This document shows positions 10,220-20,606 of a DNA stretch of 64,000 nucleotides, in pieces. How positions within the stretch are numbered: position 1 is the stretch's first letter; each line of letters begins with the position of its first letter. The DNA is from a virus (taxonomy: Duplodnaviria > Caudoviricetes), in the IMG/VR virus record IMGVR_UViG_3300020598_000119. One strand, 5' to 3'. The notes below the pieces were generated by a model. It was not told the origin of the DNA. It searched no databases and saw only the letters and a program-made list of their open reading frames with translations. A program made the translations under genes and the position numbers.

Positions 10220-10837
10220 TTATTTTTCTAGGGCAGTCGAACCAGCTTTTACGAGGACCAAGAAATTCTCAGGCGAAATAAAGCCGTCAAACTTCTCACC
10301 GTTGATAAAGAAGGTCGGAGTCGATGCTACTCCATTATCAATCGCCTTCGTCATGCCGTTTACAATTTCATTGGCCAGCTCTGAATTCGAAGCGCACTTC
10401 AGCATTTCAGCTGCATCAATCCTGTCGCCAAACTTCGATTGAAGAACTGGAACCATTTTCTTGATGTCTGGTGCCCAGACAGCAACTTGGTCGAATAGCG
10501 TGGAAACAACCTCAAATCGAATGTCTTCGGGAGCACAGGAAGCTGCAAGAGACCCAGCCAGCGCGGATTGATCGAGCGGAAGATGACGATAAATCAACTT
10601 TGCCTCTCCGGTGTCGATCAACTGCTGTTTGAAGGAAGCCATAGTTTCCTTATGAAATCGGCCGCAATGAGGACAAGTCAACGAAGCGTACTCAACGACT
10701 GTGATTGGAGCTGAAGGATTACCCACAATTATGTCGTGAGGCATTGGGGCATACGGGTCCCACTTGCTATCGACAGCCATAGCCACGGAAACAAGAGAAC
10801 CAAGTGCCACCAGGACCAACAAAGCTAATTTTCGCAT
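10220..10837 (-). CDS. DsbA family thiol-disulfide oxidoreductase
   Basis: Signal peptide MRKLALL, EYASLTCPHC, STPTFFING; SD AGGAG. Confidence 0.9.
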   Translation of the reverse strand: MRKLALLVLVALGSLVSVAMAVDSKWDPYAPMPHDIIVGNPSAPITVVEYASLTCPHCGRFHKETMASFKQQLIDTGEAKLIYRHLPLDQSALAGSLAASCAPEDIRFEVVSTLFDQVAVWAPDIKKMVPVLQSKFGDRIDAAEMLKCASNSELANEIVNGMTKAIDNGVASTPTFFINGEKFDGFISPENFLVLVKAGSTALEK

Positions 10838-10838
10838 C

Positions 10839-11300
10839 TTATTCTCCTGATTTAGCGAGGCGGGCCTGCTCATTGGCAAGCTTGTCGCATCGCTCGTTAA
10901 GTTCAATTCCGATATGACCGCGAACGTGCTTCCATTTAACCTTTCGATTGGAGACTTCGCGATCAAGACGTTGCCAGAGTTCAAGATTTTTTACTGGCTC
11001 ACCGTCAGCTTTTTTCCAGCCACGACGCTTCCAGCCAAAAATCCACGACGTCATGCCATCAACGACATACTTTGAATCCGTGCAGACAGTGACATCTACC
11101 CCCAAGGGGAGTTGAGCCAACCCTTCGGCGGCGGCAAGCATTTCCATTCGCTGGTTGGTGGAACGTTTCTCGCGACCAGTTACGACCGCGAGTTCCTTTC
11201 CATCGGGATCAAACGCAATGGCAGCGTATCCACCTGCGCCGGGGTTCCCAAGACAGGAACCATCGGACCAGACCTGAAAACCACCTATCCCATTATTCAT
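10839..11300 (-). CDS. rnhA: Ribonuclease HI
   Basis: [33 protein letters not shown]. Confidence 0.95.
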   Translation of the reverse strand: MNNGIGGFQVWSDGSCLGNPGAGGYAAIAFDPDGKELAVVTGREKRSTNQRMEMLAAAEGLAQLPLGVDVTVCTDSKYVVDGMTSWIFGWKRRGWKKADGEPVKNLELWQRLDREVSNRKVKWKHVRGHIGIELNERCDKLANEQARLAKSGE

Positions 11301-12369
11301 CCGAACCGCCGTCATCTGACATGTCGCCAGTCAGCAGAGATTCGGAAATTTCATCCTGCTCGCCGCGAATCTTTGCCTCGATTTCATCCGCGACTTCGGG
11401 GTTGTCACGCAGATACTGCTTGGCATTTTCACGACCCTGGCCGAGGCGCTGCGAATTATATGAGAACCACGCACCCGACTTTTCAACGAGGCCAGCCTTC
11501 AGACCGAGGTCAATGAGTTCGCCCACCTTCGACACGCCTTCGCCGTACAGGATGTCGAACTCAACCTGCTTGAACGGAGCAGCCAGCTTGTTCTTGACGA
11601 CCTTTACCTTGGTCTGGTTGCCGACGACCTCGTCGCGATCCTTGATCGAGCCAATACGGCGAATATCGAGACGAACCGATGCATAAAACTTCAGCGCGTT
11701 GCCGCCAGTCGTGGTTTCAGGAGAACCGAACATAACTCCGATCTTCATGCGAATCTGGTTGATGAAGATGACCATACAGTTCGAACGCGAGATCGAAGCG
11801 GTGAGCTTGCGTAGCGCTTGGCTCATCAGACGCGCCTGCAGACCTGGCAAGGAATCACCCATTTCGCCTTCAATTTCAGCCTTCGGGACGAGAGCGGCAA
11901 CCGAGTCGACAACAAGAACATCTACCGCACCGGAGCGCACCAGAGTGTCAGTGATTTCCAGAGCCTGTTCGCCAGTGTCGGGCTGAGAAACCAGAAGATT
12001 TTCCAGGTCAACGCCAAGCTTGCGGGCATAGATTGGATCGAGGGCATGTTCTGCGTCAACGAATGCGCAGGTGCCGCCGTTCTTCTGGGCCTCGGCAATC
12101 GTGTGCAGCGCGAGCGTGGTCTTGCCGGAGCTTTCCGGGCCATAAATTTCGATAATACGACCGCGAGGGAAACCACCGATACCAAGCGCGATGTCGAGCG
12201 AGAGCGAACCTGTCGACACGACTTCTGTTTCAACCTTTGAATTTGCACCAAGGGTCATAATGGACCCCTTGCCATGCGCACGCTCGATCTGCGAGAGGGC
12301 GCTTTCAAGGCTCTTTCGACGTGCGTCGATGTCACCGCCATTTTCGATAGAATTAAGCTTCTTTGTCAT
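11293..12369 (-). CDS. recA: Recombinase RecA
   Basis: GPESSGKTT and [11 protein letters not shown]; closely resembles rhizobial RecA. Confidence 0.98.
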   Translation of the reverse strand: MTKKLNSIENGGDIDARRKSLESALSQIERAHGKGSIMTLGANSKVETEVVSTGSLSLDIALGIGGFPRGRIIEIYGPESSGKTTLALHTIAEAQKNGGTCAFVDAEHALDPIYARKLGVDLENLLVSQPDTGEQALEITDTLVRSGAVDVLVVDSVAALVPKAEIEGEMGDSLPGLQARLMSQALRKLTASISRSNCMVIFINQIRMKIGVMFGSPETTTGGNALKFYASVRLDIRRIGSIKDRDEVVGNQTKVKVVKNKLAAPFKQVEFDILYGEGVSKVGELIDLGLKAGLVEKSGAWFSYNSQRLGQGRENAKQYLRDNPEVADEIEAKIRGEQDEISESLLTGDMSDDGGSDE

Positions 12370-12502
12370 TAAATGCTCCGTTGCAAGGAATATTCACAGG
12401 AATATCCATTGGGTAAAAATGTTGACACACATCAGAAAGATGCGCAACAAAAAAGCACGAGCTATGCAGAAAATAGCCCGTGCCCATATTATTTAAACAA
12501 AA

Positions 12503-13813
12503 TTATCGACCGAATTTCGGCAGGTCGCTGCCGTACTCAGTCTCTTGATCTTGCTTGGCCTCCAGTTTGTTCTCGAATTCAACAATATTCCCGCGACGGT
12601 CATAATGCTTCAGCGAACCGTCATCGAGAATTTCGGTATATCCTTCGACGACACCGTGAACATTTTCGCGATCATAGCGGCCCGCAGGCATATCACTAAA
12701 CTGAATCTGGGTAGCTTCGTCAAAATCCCGATCATATACAACGAACTCATTCGAAGTCTCAGCATACATACGGATGCTCAGATTGCGCGTAGATTCATAG
12801 TTTTCTTCGAGTTCATAGCCGAAATCGCCGAACGAGCTGACATTTGGATCGCTTGTCTTTGCAGCAAATGGCTCCGGTTCCTTACGCAAGAACTGTGACA
12901 GGTCAAATTCCTGAGTGCTTTCCTGCGTTTTGCCATCAAGGGAAGCTTCGCGCGCTTGCTTCGACTTAATCTTGCTTTCGATGGTTTCGACGAGGCCCAA
13001 ACCTCCGAACGCGTTAGCCAACGCATCGTGCTTTAGGCCTGAATGAACCACCTCGGCCTTCAAGGACTCCATTTTTTTCAAGAACGGAAGACCTGGAACT
13101 CGGCGTCCATTGATCGTGCCATCATCAGTCGGGAGTATGAGTTCAATACCCTGCTGTTTCGCCGCCCCTACAATCTCATGCATGGTCCGGCGATCATTCT
13201 GGTCAGCAAAGACCTTGCCTACATAAGCCTGCCCCTTGGAGATGGAGTAGCCGATATTCCCGCGAGAGTTGGACAGGGACATGGACATGCCTTCCCAACT
13301 GCCGAAAGCCTTTGCTGGCTCAGCCGTGCCGATTTCGCGGCGCAGATCCCCACGGAGCTTCTCCTCAAGCATATTCCAGTAAGACAGACGCTTGTCGACG
13401 GCAGCAGCAGGCGTAGCCGCGCTGGACTTGGTGTCCACAAGCATGTTCATAGGGCCTGGAGGCAGTTTCCAAGTTTCGAGGCGCAGGAAGCGCTCAGAAA
13501 GGTATTCCTTGAGTTCAGTGATGCTCTCTGGTTTGAACTTGTTTTCGACGAATTCCGAAATGCGTTTGCGCGCATCCTCTATCGTGAAAAGGATCGATGA
13601 TCTGGCGATTGGCTTGGCATTGGCCTTGAATTTGTCAGCAGACGCGAGGACACCGAAATTTCCAAACGGATTGTCTATCTTCTTTGTTGCTGCCATCGAA
13701 GGTGCAACGAGCGAAGTTGTCCCCATCAGGTTTTTCGTCAAGTCGGACAGAGTGCTGGTGAGCCTCTTCAAGAACGAGGCATTTTGTGGTCGGGACATCG
13801 CCATCGTTGCCAT
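12503..13813 (-). CDS. Hypothetical protein
   Basis: 436-aa ORF with SD GGAGGAG; acidic C-terminus ending LPKFGR. Confidence 0.75.
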   Translation of the reverse strand: MATMAMSRPQNASFLKRLTSTLSDLTKNLMGTTSLVAPSMAATKKIDNPFGNFGVLASADKFKANAKPIARSSILFTIEDARKRISEFVENKFKPESITELKEYLSERFLRLETWKLPPGPMNMLVDTKSSAATPAAAVDKRLSYWNMLEEKLRGDLRREIGTAEPAKAFGSWEGMSMSLSNSRGNIGYSISKGQAYVGKVFADQNDRRTMHEIVGAAKQQGIELILPTDDGTINGRRVPGLPFLKKMESLKAEVVHSGLKHDALANAFGGLGLVETIESKIKSKQAREASLDGKTQESTQEFDLSQFLRKEPEPFAAKTSDPNVSSFGDFGYELEENYESTRNLSIRMYAETSNEFVVYDRDFDEATQIQFSDMPAGRYDRENVHGVVEGYTEILDDGSLKHYDRRGNIVEFENKLEAKQDQETEYGSDLPKFGR

Positions 13814-13887
13814 GTGTCGTCTCCTCCATGATCATCAATATTCAGGAGATTATGACGACCACAAAGGCAAATAACTAATGCCGGTGC

Positions 13888-14202
13888 CTAGAGGCTGTTT
13901 TCGATAGCAATATTGATGTTCCGCTCAGCTAAATATAAAGCCACTCGACGAGCTACCGCCCAGATGTCATTAAGCGGCTCTTCAAAAAGAACATTTGTAA
14001 TCTCTCGATCTGTTAAACCATCAATCGAACCGACTTTAAATGTTGTCGTAACGAGCCAAACACGAGTGTTGCCCGACAACTCTGGAGTTATCGCAATGTT
14101 CTCAGAAGGAATAAGAAGTGCCGACCCATTAATCTGGACGGCTTCAGCAGGCAAGCCGAGTACGGAACACGCAGCAGCCAGCGTTTTTTGAAACCCATTC
14201 AT
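13888..14202 (-). CDS. Hypothetical protein
   Basis: ORF of about 104-116 aa; start uncertain. Confidence 0.55.
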   Translation of the reverse strand: MNGFQKTLAAACSVLGLPAEAVQINGSALLIPSENIAITPELSGNTRVWLVTTTFKVGSIDGLTDREITNVLFEEPLNDIWAVARRVALYLAERNINIAIENSL

Positions 14203-14360
14203 TGTTAAATTCTTCAAGGAAACCTCCCGAGAGCGCATTATTAATTGCCTTCAGACTATATGATCTACGCTAGATTTGCGCCAAGCAAGAGACCGTATTC
14301 TCCTTGTGGGCCTCAGCCGATTGAATCACACTAAGTCATACTTTGAAATGGAGAAGAAAT

Positions 14361-15293
14361 ATGCCGAGGCATCCTGAATACCAATATCTCGATCTGCTAG
14401 AAAACATTCTGGAGAATGGCGATTATCGCATGGATCGTACTGGCGTCGGCACGCGTTCTATATTCGGCGCAATGATGCGGTTTAATGTATCGGATGAAAC
14501 TGTTCCGATCCTGACCACAAAGCGCGTTTATTGGAAAACGGCGGTCAAAGAAATGCTCTGGTTCCTTACTGGGCAAACCAATATCCAGCAGCTGCTCCAG
14601 CAGAACGTGAAAATTTGGTCAGATTGGCCGCTTGATAAGTACCGCAAGGCGACTGGAGAAGATATCTCCCAAGAGCAATTTGAAGAGCGCATTCTTGCCG
14701 ACGATAGCTTCGCCGAAATGTGGGGCGACCTAGGCCCCGTGTATGGAAAACAGTGGCGCAAATGGAAAGGACCTGATGGCAAGGAATATGATCAGATCGC
14801 TACAATCATCGAAACACTGAAGACCAATCCTGCAAGCCGCAGAATACTGTTTCATGGCTGGAACGTGGCCGAGCTAGATGGAATGACCCTCCCTCCATGC
14901 CATCTCCTGTATCAATTTCATGTAAGCAATAAAAAGATTGAAGATCCGAATGATGGAAAGCTTAAGTTTAGCATCTCTGCAATGCTGACAGCCAGAAGCC
15001 AAGATTTATACCTGGGAACACCGTTTAATCTGATAGGGGTTAGCGCACTGCTACACATGATTGCCCAGCAAGCAGACATGATGCCTGGAGAAATAATCTG
15101 GTCTGGCGGCGACGTCCATCTTTACTCGAACCACGAAGACATGGCGCGAGAGTTGCTGACGCGCGAGCCTCGCCCGCTTCCCAAAATGAAATTGCTTCGT
15201 AAACCAGATTCCATCGACGGCTATCAGATCGAGGACTTCGAGGTAACTGGTTACGATCCTCACCCCGCAATCGCAGCGCCTGTGGCGGTCTGA
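14361..15293 (+). CDS. thyA: Thymidylate synthase
   Basis: DRTGVGT, LPPCH, RSQD..LG.PFN, HLYSNH, C-terminal PVAV. Confidence 0.97.
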   Translation: MPRHPEYQYLDLLENILENGDYRMDRTGVGTRSIFGAMMRFNVSDETVPILTTKRVYWKTAVKEMLWFLTGQTNIQQLLQQNVKIWSDWPLDKYRKATGEDISQEQFEERILADDSFAEMWGDLGPVYGKQWRKWKGPDGKEYDQIATIIETLKTNPASRRILFHGWNVAELDGMTLPPCHLLYQFHVSNKKIEDPNDGKLKFSISAMLTARSQDLYLGTPFNLIGVSALLHMIAQQADMMPGEIIWSGGDVHLYSNHEDMARELLTREPRPLPKMKLLRKPDSIDGYQIEDFEVTGYDPHPAIAAPVAV

Positions 15294-15294
15294 C

Positions 15295-15762
15295 ATGCAC
15301 ATAACATTGATCGCAGCAGCCGACGACAACTGGGGGATTGGCTTAAATGGCCACCTCCCATGGCATCACAAGGAAGACCTCAAACACTTCCGAACGAGAA
15401 CGATGGGGAAGGACCTTCTTGTCGGCCGAACCACCATGGAGACGTTGCCTCCGCTGACTGGTAGGAGAATTCACTCACTTTCGTCTCAAAACGGCGACTT
15501 CAGATCGCTTGAGGCAGCTATTTCCCATTTTAACAAGATACCCGTCGAGGAGTTTATTATCGCAGGCGGTGCCAAACTGTACGAATATTCCTTAGAATTC
15601 TGCAACTCGGCGGAAATAAGCAGGATTAATGGGATTTACGTTTGCGATACGTTCATGCCAGACTTGCGTTCTAAGATTGGCTGGAAACTAGTCAAAATCG
15701 AAGAAAAAAACCCTAATCTAAAAATTGAATACTGGGAAAACGAATGCATAAAATCGAAATAG
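15295..15762 (+). CDS. folA: Dihydrofolate reductase
   Basis: IG.NG.LPW..KEDLKHF, GRTT, IAGG; follows thyA. Confidence 0.93.
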   Translation: MHITLIAAADDNWGIGLNGHLPWHHKEDLKHFRTRTMGKDLLVGRTTMETLPPLTGRRIHSLSSQNGDFRSLEAAISHFNKIPVEEFIIAGGAKLYEYSLEFCNSAEISRINGIYVCDTFMPDLRSKIGWKLVKIEEKNPNLKIEYWENECIKSK

Positions 15763-16205
15763 AAATCAAAAATCCGTTGTTGAAGGAGCTTGACGCGTTG
15801 CCAAAGAGGGCAACTGATGGCGCTGCAGGATACGACATCCGATTTTGCGGTTCGAAGCCACTTGAACTGCGAACAGGTGATCGAGTGAAAATCCCACTTG
15901 GTTTCGCCATCCATATTGGCAATCCCAATATTGCAGCAGTTCTAATGCCACGTTCTGGTCTAGGTTCCAAGGGGCTGAGCCTTGCCAACACCATTGGCCT
16001 GATCGATTCCGATTACCAAGGTGAAATTGCGGCCGTTCTCGAATGGCATCCTGTCGATGGAGAACCACTCATCGTCCAGCCAGGTGACCGTATCATTCAG
16101 ATGGTGTTCCTCCCAATCGTTGGAACGGAACTTGCGGAAGTCGAAAAATTTTCATCCTCCACCGAACGCGGCGAAGGCGGCTACGGCTCTACTGGAGTGA
16201 AGTAA
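15744..16205 (+). CDS. dut: dUTP diphosphatase
   Basis: AGYDI, PRSGLG, GLIDSDYQG, RGEGGYGSTG. Confidence 0.97.
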   Translation: MHKIEIEIKNPLLKELDALPKRATDGAAGYDIRFCGSKPLELRTGDRVKIPLGFAIHIGNPNIAAVLMPRSGLGSKGLSLANTIGLIDSDYQGEIAAVLEWHPVDGEPLIVQPGDRIIQMVFLPIVGTELAEVEKFSSSTERGEGGYGSTGVK

Positions 16206-16967
16206 TCAAGAAGTGAAATTAGCCGCGACGTCGAATTCAGAAAGCGTCGCGGCCATTTTTTGTAGGGCCGCAATCTCAATCTGCCTGACTCGCTCTCGCG
16301 TAACGCCCAAATCGGTAGATATATCTTCCAGAGTGCGCGGAGGCTCGGTTAGTTTTCTCTCGAAAATAACCTTCTGCTCTCTCGGCGTCAGGCCCGACAT
16401 GGCGCGAGCAATTAGACGCTTATATTCTTCTTGAAGCGTCGAGTCGACCATCAGGTCTTCAGGATTCGGGCGCTTATCAGCTATCTTTTCCGAATAAGTC
16501 TGTCCGGTTTCATCTACCGTCGCCTCAAGGGCTACCAGATTATTCGTCGCATTGAATGCAGCGTGAGCCTTTTCTCCTTCCAGTTTACCCATCCTGGATT
16601 CAAGGAAAGCGCGCGATGGTACATAAACTACGTTCATAGTTCTTGATGCGGCATCCGCAACAAAATTCTCTATCCAATAAAAGCAGTATGTTGAGAACTT
16701 CACATTGTAACTGAAATCGAATTTGTCCAGAGCGCGGCAGATACCCAAGCTGCCTTCCTGCGCAAGGTCTCGCATATGCGTTTCATTTTTCGTGTAACGC
16801 GCGGCAAATGAGTAGCAAGAGCGCATATACGCCCGAACTATGCGCTCCTTGGAGCGCTCGTTTTGGTGTTGTTGCCAGTCCTTGATGAGCCTTGTTTCTT
16901 CATCGGGTTTCAACATAGGCTCCGCCAAGGCAGAATCCCGTGAATGTACCAAAATCACTTCCTTCAA
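16206..16967 (-). CDS. RpoH/sigma32-like RNA polymerase sigma factor
   Basis: PML..DEE..L, DLAQEG.LG..RA..KFD, FSTY..YWI, TLEDI...LGVTRERVRQIE..AL. Confidence 0.9.
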   Translation of the reverse strand: MKEVILVHSRDSALAEPMLKPDEETRLIKDWQQHQNERSKERIVRAYMRSCYSFAARYTKNETHMRDLAQEGSLGICRALDKFDFSYNVKFSTYCFYWIENFVADAASRTMNVVYVPSRAFLESRMGKLEGEKAHAAFNATNNLVALEATVDETGQTYSEKIADKRPNPEDLMVDSTLQEEYKRLIARAMSGLTPREQKVIFERKLTEPPRTLEDISTDLGVTRERVRQIEIAALQKMAATLSEFDVAANFTS

Positions 16968-17068
16968 TATATTCCACCCACCATAGTGGATCGTGTCGGC
17001 TAGTTAAAAGTCAATGATTTTATTTGTTGTTGGCAATTATAAATACGTTGGCGCGATGAATTTCACCA

Positions 17069-19345
17069 TTAATCATCGTCGTAATCGTAGGTTTCATGGG
17101 TGTAATTCTGCTCGTCTTCTACGTGTTGCTCAGAATTTTCCTCAGGAACGATTGGCTCAAGCTGCCTGACTTCATCGGCCGTCATAACCTCAAGAACGTC
17201 GCCATTCTCATCAATAGCTCCCGTTTTTCGGTTCACTCGGACGGTTCCAGCTTCTGCCGGGATTGAGAATTCATCAAATGAAACAGCCCCATCAATAGCA
17301 TCAGCAACACTTCGTACTAGTGGCGCTGCACTCGAACCACCAGCTGCGCCATTATAGAGGGGACCGTGGTCATCCCTTCCAATCCATCCAACGATAACCA
17401 CCTCAGGGCCGTATGCCGCAAACCATGCGTCCCGTGACTTGTTCGTAGTGCCTGTCTTGCCTGCCAATGGTTTCTTGAAGCCAGAGAAGGCCTTCTGCGC
17501 GGTACCAGCCTTGATCACGCCCTCAAGGATAGATGTCATCTTGGCGACATCCATAGGCTCAAATGCACGCTGTCTAACGACATCCTTGCTGAGTAGAAGC
17601 TTGGCGTCCACTCGATATCCGCCATTTGCGAAAGAGGAGTAGGCGCTGGCAACTTCAAGCGGTGTCGCCTCGGCAGCACCTAGAGCCATCGCATACGAAG
17701 CATTCGCAGGCATCGTGAAACCAGCTCGGGTGGCCACATCGACTACGCGATCCATACCGAGATCGTAGAGGAGACGAACAGTCGAGAGATTGCGAGACAA
17801 CTCCAGCGAGCGACGGAACGTGATCATACCCATGCCACCGGACGAACCGCCACTCGGCCGCCAGTCTTTCATCCCAGCACCTTGATCGATTGCTATCGGG
17901 CTATCGAGTACTGGAGAGACAGCGTTATAGCCTGCTTCGATGGCCGCCATATAAACAAACGGCTTGAACACCGACCCAGTCTGGCGCTTTGCCTGTGTCG
18001 CCCTATCGAATTCGCTCGTTTCGCCGCTGAACCCGCCAGCAAGGCCAAGCACCGATCCATCACGAGGGTCCATAACGACCACAGCCCCTTGAAGCTCAGG
18101 CAACTGGACAAGCTCCAACCCCTTGCCGAGATCAGCAAGCAAGACCACGTCGCCTTGTCTGAGAACAGCATTCGCGCGCTTCTTGGATGTTGCCCACGAC
18201 AGGCTCGCACCTTTGATGGTCACCTCGCCGTTTTCCGTGGCTAATGTCGCGTCACGATCAGACTTCAATACGACAGATACGATCCAGTCCTCAGCTCCTT
18301 CAGGCTTTGCCAACTGAGGGGAAGACCAATCAATCACACCAGCATATCCTCGCTTCAGAGGTCCACGCCAACCAGATTTGCGATCCTCAAGGACAAGGTG
18401 GCGTCGCAATTCAGCATGTGCGGCCCTCTGAACTCGCGAATTGATAGTCGAAACGACCTGCCCGCCACCTTCATAAAGTTGCTTTGCGCCACGTTCTTGC
18501 AACAACTGTCGTCGAACAGCTTCCTGTGCGTACCACATCGCTGGATCGTTCTCGGCAAGAGTAGCATCAGATTTATGGGCCGTAATCGGTGCGGAAGACG
18601 CTATCTGCTGTTCCTGAGCCGAAATGAATCCGTTCTCCTGCATCCTGCGAAGCACGTAGTTCCGGCGCTCAAGGGCACGACCAGGATTGATAAATGGATT
18701 GGCTGCACTTGGTGCTTTAGGAAGGCCTGCCAACATAGCGGCTTCCTCAATGGTCAACTCGGATAGCTCCTTTCCAAAATAGGTTTGAGCGGCCACAGCC
18801 ACTCCATAGGCTCCAGCGCCGAAATAAATTTGATTGAGATAAATCTCTAAAACACGATCCTTACCGACATCGCGATCAACCTTAAGGGCGAGGATGCCTT
18901 CCTTGATTTTACGGTCAAATGTACGCTCCGATGTCAAAAGGACATTCTTGACCACTTGCTGAGTGATGGTCGAGCCGCCTTCAAGTCGAGAGTCAGGACC
19001 TGATTTCAAATTCGACAGAGTCGCGCGGGCTATTGCACTGGCATCGACACCGTGATGCTTCCAGTAGTTGCCGTCCTCTGCCGCTATGAAAGCCGAGACA
19101 ACCACATTCGGGATAGCCTTCAATGGAACGAATTTGCGATGTTCTTTGGCATGAATCCCGAGCGTCACTCCATCGCTCGATACGATGGTCGTCCCCTCAG
19201 ACGGAGACCATGAAATGAGTTGTTTATGGTCTGGAAGTGTCTGCTCCACCTGCTTGATGTAGGCTATAGAGGTTGAGCCAACCAATACAGCTCCAGTCAA
19301 GCCAAGGACAGAAATCCCTGACATGAATGTCTTTGCCAAACTCAT
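17069..19345 (-). CDS. Class A penicillin-binding protein (PBP1A)
   Basis: AAED..Y..H.G, GGSTITQQ, RKIKE, YLNQIYFG, SVFK, SRN, KTGT. Confidence 0.95.
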   Translation of the reverse strand: MSLAKTFMSGISVLGLTGAVLVGSTSIAYIKQVEQTLPDHKQLISWSPSEGTTIVSSDGVTLGIHAKEHRKFVPLKAIPNVVVSAFIAAEDGNYWKHHGVDASAIARATLSNLKSGPDSRLEGGSTITQQVVKNVLLTSERTFDRKIKEGILALKVDRDVGKDRVLEIYLNQIYFGAGAYGVAVAAQTYFGKELSELTIEEAAMLAGLPKAPSAANPFINPGRALERRNYVLRRMQENGFISAQEQQIASSAPITAHKSDATLAENDPAMWYAQEAVRRQLLQERGAKQLYEGGGQVVSTINSRVQRAAHAELRRHLVLEDRKSGWRGPLKRGYAGVIDWSSPQLAKPEGAEDWIVSVVLKSDRDATLATENGEVTIKGASLSWATSKKRANAVLRQGDVVLLADLGKGLELVQLPELQGAVVVMDPRDGSVLGLAGGFSGETSEFDRATQAKRQTGSVFKPFVYMAAIEAGYNAVSPVLDSPIAIDQGAGMKDWRPSGGSSGGMGMITFRRSLELSRNLSTVRLLYDLGMDRVVDVATRAGFTMPANASYAMALGAAEATPLEVASAYSSFANGGYRVDAKLLLSKDVVRQRAFEPMDVAKMTSILEGVIKAGTAQKAFSGFKKPLAGKTGTTNKSRDAWFAAYGPEVVIVGWIGRDDHGPLYNGAAGGSSAAPLVRSVADAIDGAVSFDEFSIPAEAGTVRVNRKTGAIDENGDVLEVMTADEVRQLEPIVPEENSEQHVEDEQNYTHETYDYDDD

Positions 19346-19920
19346 TTCTGTCTAGCCTTCTTGTTGACGCTGAACATAGGAGGAAGGTTGGTGGCCAATG
19401 CAAACAGATAGCTCTTTGTAGGCTGCTTACCAGGCAACAGAGGAACAGGAGAGTCCTGGTAGATTTTTCCATACTCAAGAAGCGCTTTTACGGCGTCCTG
19501 CGCCACATGCCTTGACTTAGCCAAAAGCCCCCAGGCTTGACGTGCTACGTTCGCATAATCCCGAGAAAGGCTGGCTCCTACAGTCACCATGACAACCTGG
19601 GTGGCAACCATTTCCCACTTGCAGGCCATCACATAGATGTCTTTCATATTGCTACCGTCAGTATTATCGAAGGCCCCTTCAAGGCGCGTATATTGATCAT
19701 GTAATGCATCCAGCACCGTAGTGATTGTGTCAGGCTGAATTTTCATTGGCTGATGAGAAATCTCACGCCCCCAATGCGAGGCAGCTTTAAGAAGCAAGGC
19801 ATTCGAAACAGCAAGCGCCGAGCAGCGTTCGACAGCGGACACTGAGCCGATAAAGGCTATTAACTCAGGGGCGATTACAGCAAGCGCGTCCTGCCCTTTG
19901 CTCGTCCGCAATTTGGCCAA
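19342..19920 (-). CDS. Hypothetical protein
   Basis: 192-aa ORF, TTG start with SD AGGAG, overlaps the PBP1A start. Confidence 0.7.
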   Translation of the reverse strand: MAKLRTSKGQDALAVIAPELIAFIGSVSAVERCSALAVSNALLLKAASHWGREISHQPMKIQPDTITTVLDALHDQYTRLEGAFDNTDGSNMKDIYVMACKWEMVATQVVMVTVGASLSRDYANVARQAWGLLAKSRHVAQDAVKALLEYGKIYQDSPVPLLPGKQPTKSYLFALATNLPPMFSVNKKARQK

Positions 19921-20047
19921 AGTCGAATTCTCCTGAAACTGTAATTCTATGATGGTTCAGCAATAGCGACTTCGCAACGAATTTTGCTTTGAAATTAATC
20001 TTTCTCAATTATTTAGGAAGGAGATTCTTAGTCGGTCACCACGTCGC

Positions 20048-20076
20048 TTGTTCGTATCTACGAAATCGGTTATAGC
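20048..20076 (+). promoter_or_regulatory. Putative sigma70 promoter P1 of the Lys leader
   Basis: TTGTTC-N17-TATAGC upstream of the leader ORF. Confidence 0.45.
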
Positions 20077-20103
20077 TATTGAGATAAACGTTAGGAACTC
20101 AAG

Positions 20104-20157
20104 ATGTCCGTCACTTTCACAGCACTCAAACGAAAACTTTGGCACTGCGCGTCATAG
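20104..20157 (+). CDS. Putative attenuator leader peptide MSVTFTALKRKLWHCAS (Lys sensor)
   Basis: SD AGGA; AAA-CGA-AAA codons; followed by terminator/antiterminator and two tRNA-Lys genes. Confidence 0.6.
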   Translation: MSVTFTALKRKLWHCAS

Positions 20158-20183
20158 CGGCAGGATATCCGTTCTCTTTGACC

Positions 20184-20211
20184 AGAGCCGCGATGTCCTC
20201 GCGGCTTTTTT
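20184..20211 (+). terminator. Attenuator terminator upstream of the tRNA-Lys pair
   Basis: AGAGCCGCGA-TGTCC-TCGCGGCT followed by a U-tract; 5' arm can alternatively pair with CATAGCGGC (20153-20161). Confidence 0.75.
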
Positions 20212-20294
20212 AATGCGCAGTGCGAAACCATCCCTCGAATTCGATGGCTTTCGATGCGCTATTTTAGCGCCACGGAACTCCTTTGATTATTGCC

Positions 20295-20362
20295 TAACTG
20301 ATTGAAATTTATATCTTTTTTCTATTTTTGTTGTTGACTTGGTTTTTTGGGTATGCCATATA
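20295..20362 (+). promoter_or_regulatory. tRNA promoter cassette P2 (IHF-like site, T-tracts, -35/-10)
   Basis: TAACTGATTGAAA starts 39 bp before TTGACT-N17-CATATA; same layout at the other two tRNA clusters. Confidence 0.7.
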
Positions 20363-20375
20363 TAGATCATCAAAT

Positions 20376-20454
20376 GGACGCGTAGCTGAGTAGGTTTTAG
20401 CGGGGGACTTTTAATCCCCGTCTTACGTGGGTTCGAATCCCACCGCGTTCACCA
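20376..20454 (+). tRNA. tRNA-Lys(TTT)
   Basis: Cloverleaf; anticodon arm GGGGA-CTTTTAA-TCCCC; GTTCGAATC; CCA. Confidence 0.93.
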
Positions 20455-20458
20455 CTAC

Positions 20459-20535
20459 GGACGTATAGCTCAGTTGGTTAGAGCGGCGGTCTCTTAAACC
20501 GCAGGTCCTCGGTTCGAACCCGAGTGCGTCTTCCA
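20459..20535 (+). tRNA. tRNA-Lys(CTT)
   Basis: GCGGT-CTCTTAA-ACCGC; GTTCGAAC; CCA. Confidence 0.93.
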
Positions 20536-20606
20536 TTTTCCCGCCGATTAGATTCCTGCAAATGCGTGTGAAATAATCAAAGAGAAGAATTTCTCGGAGA
20601 AAAACT

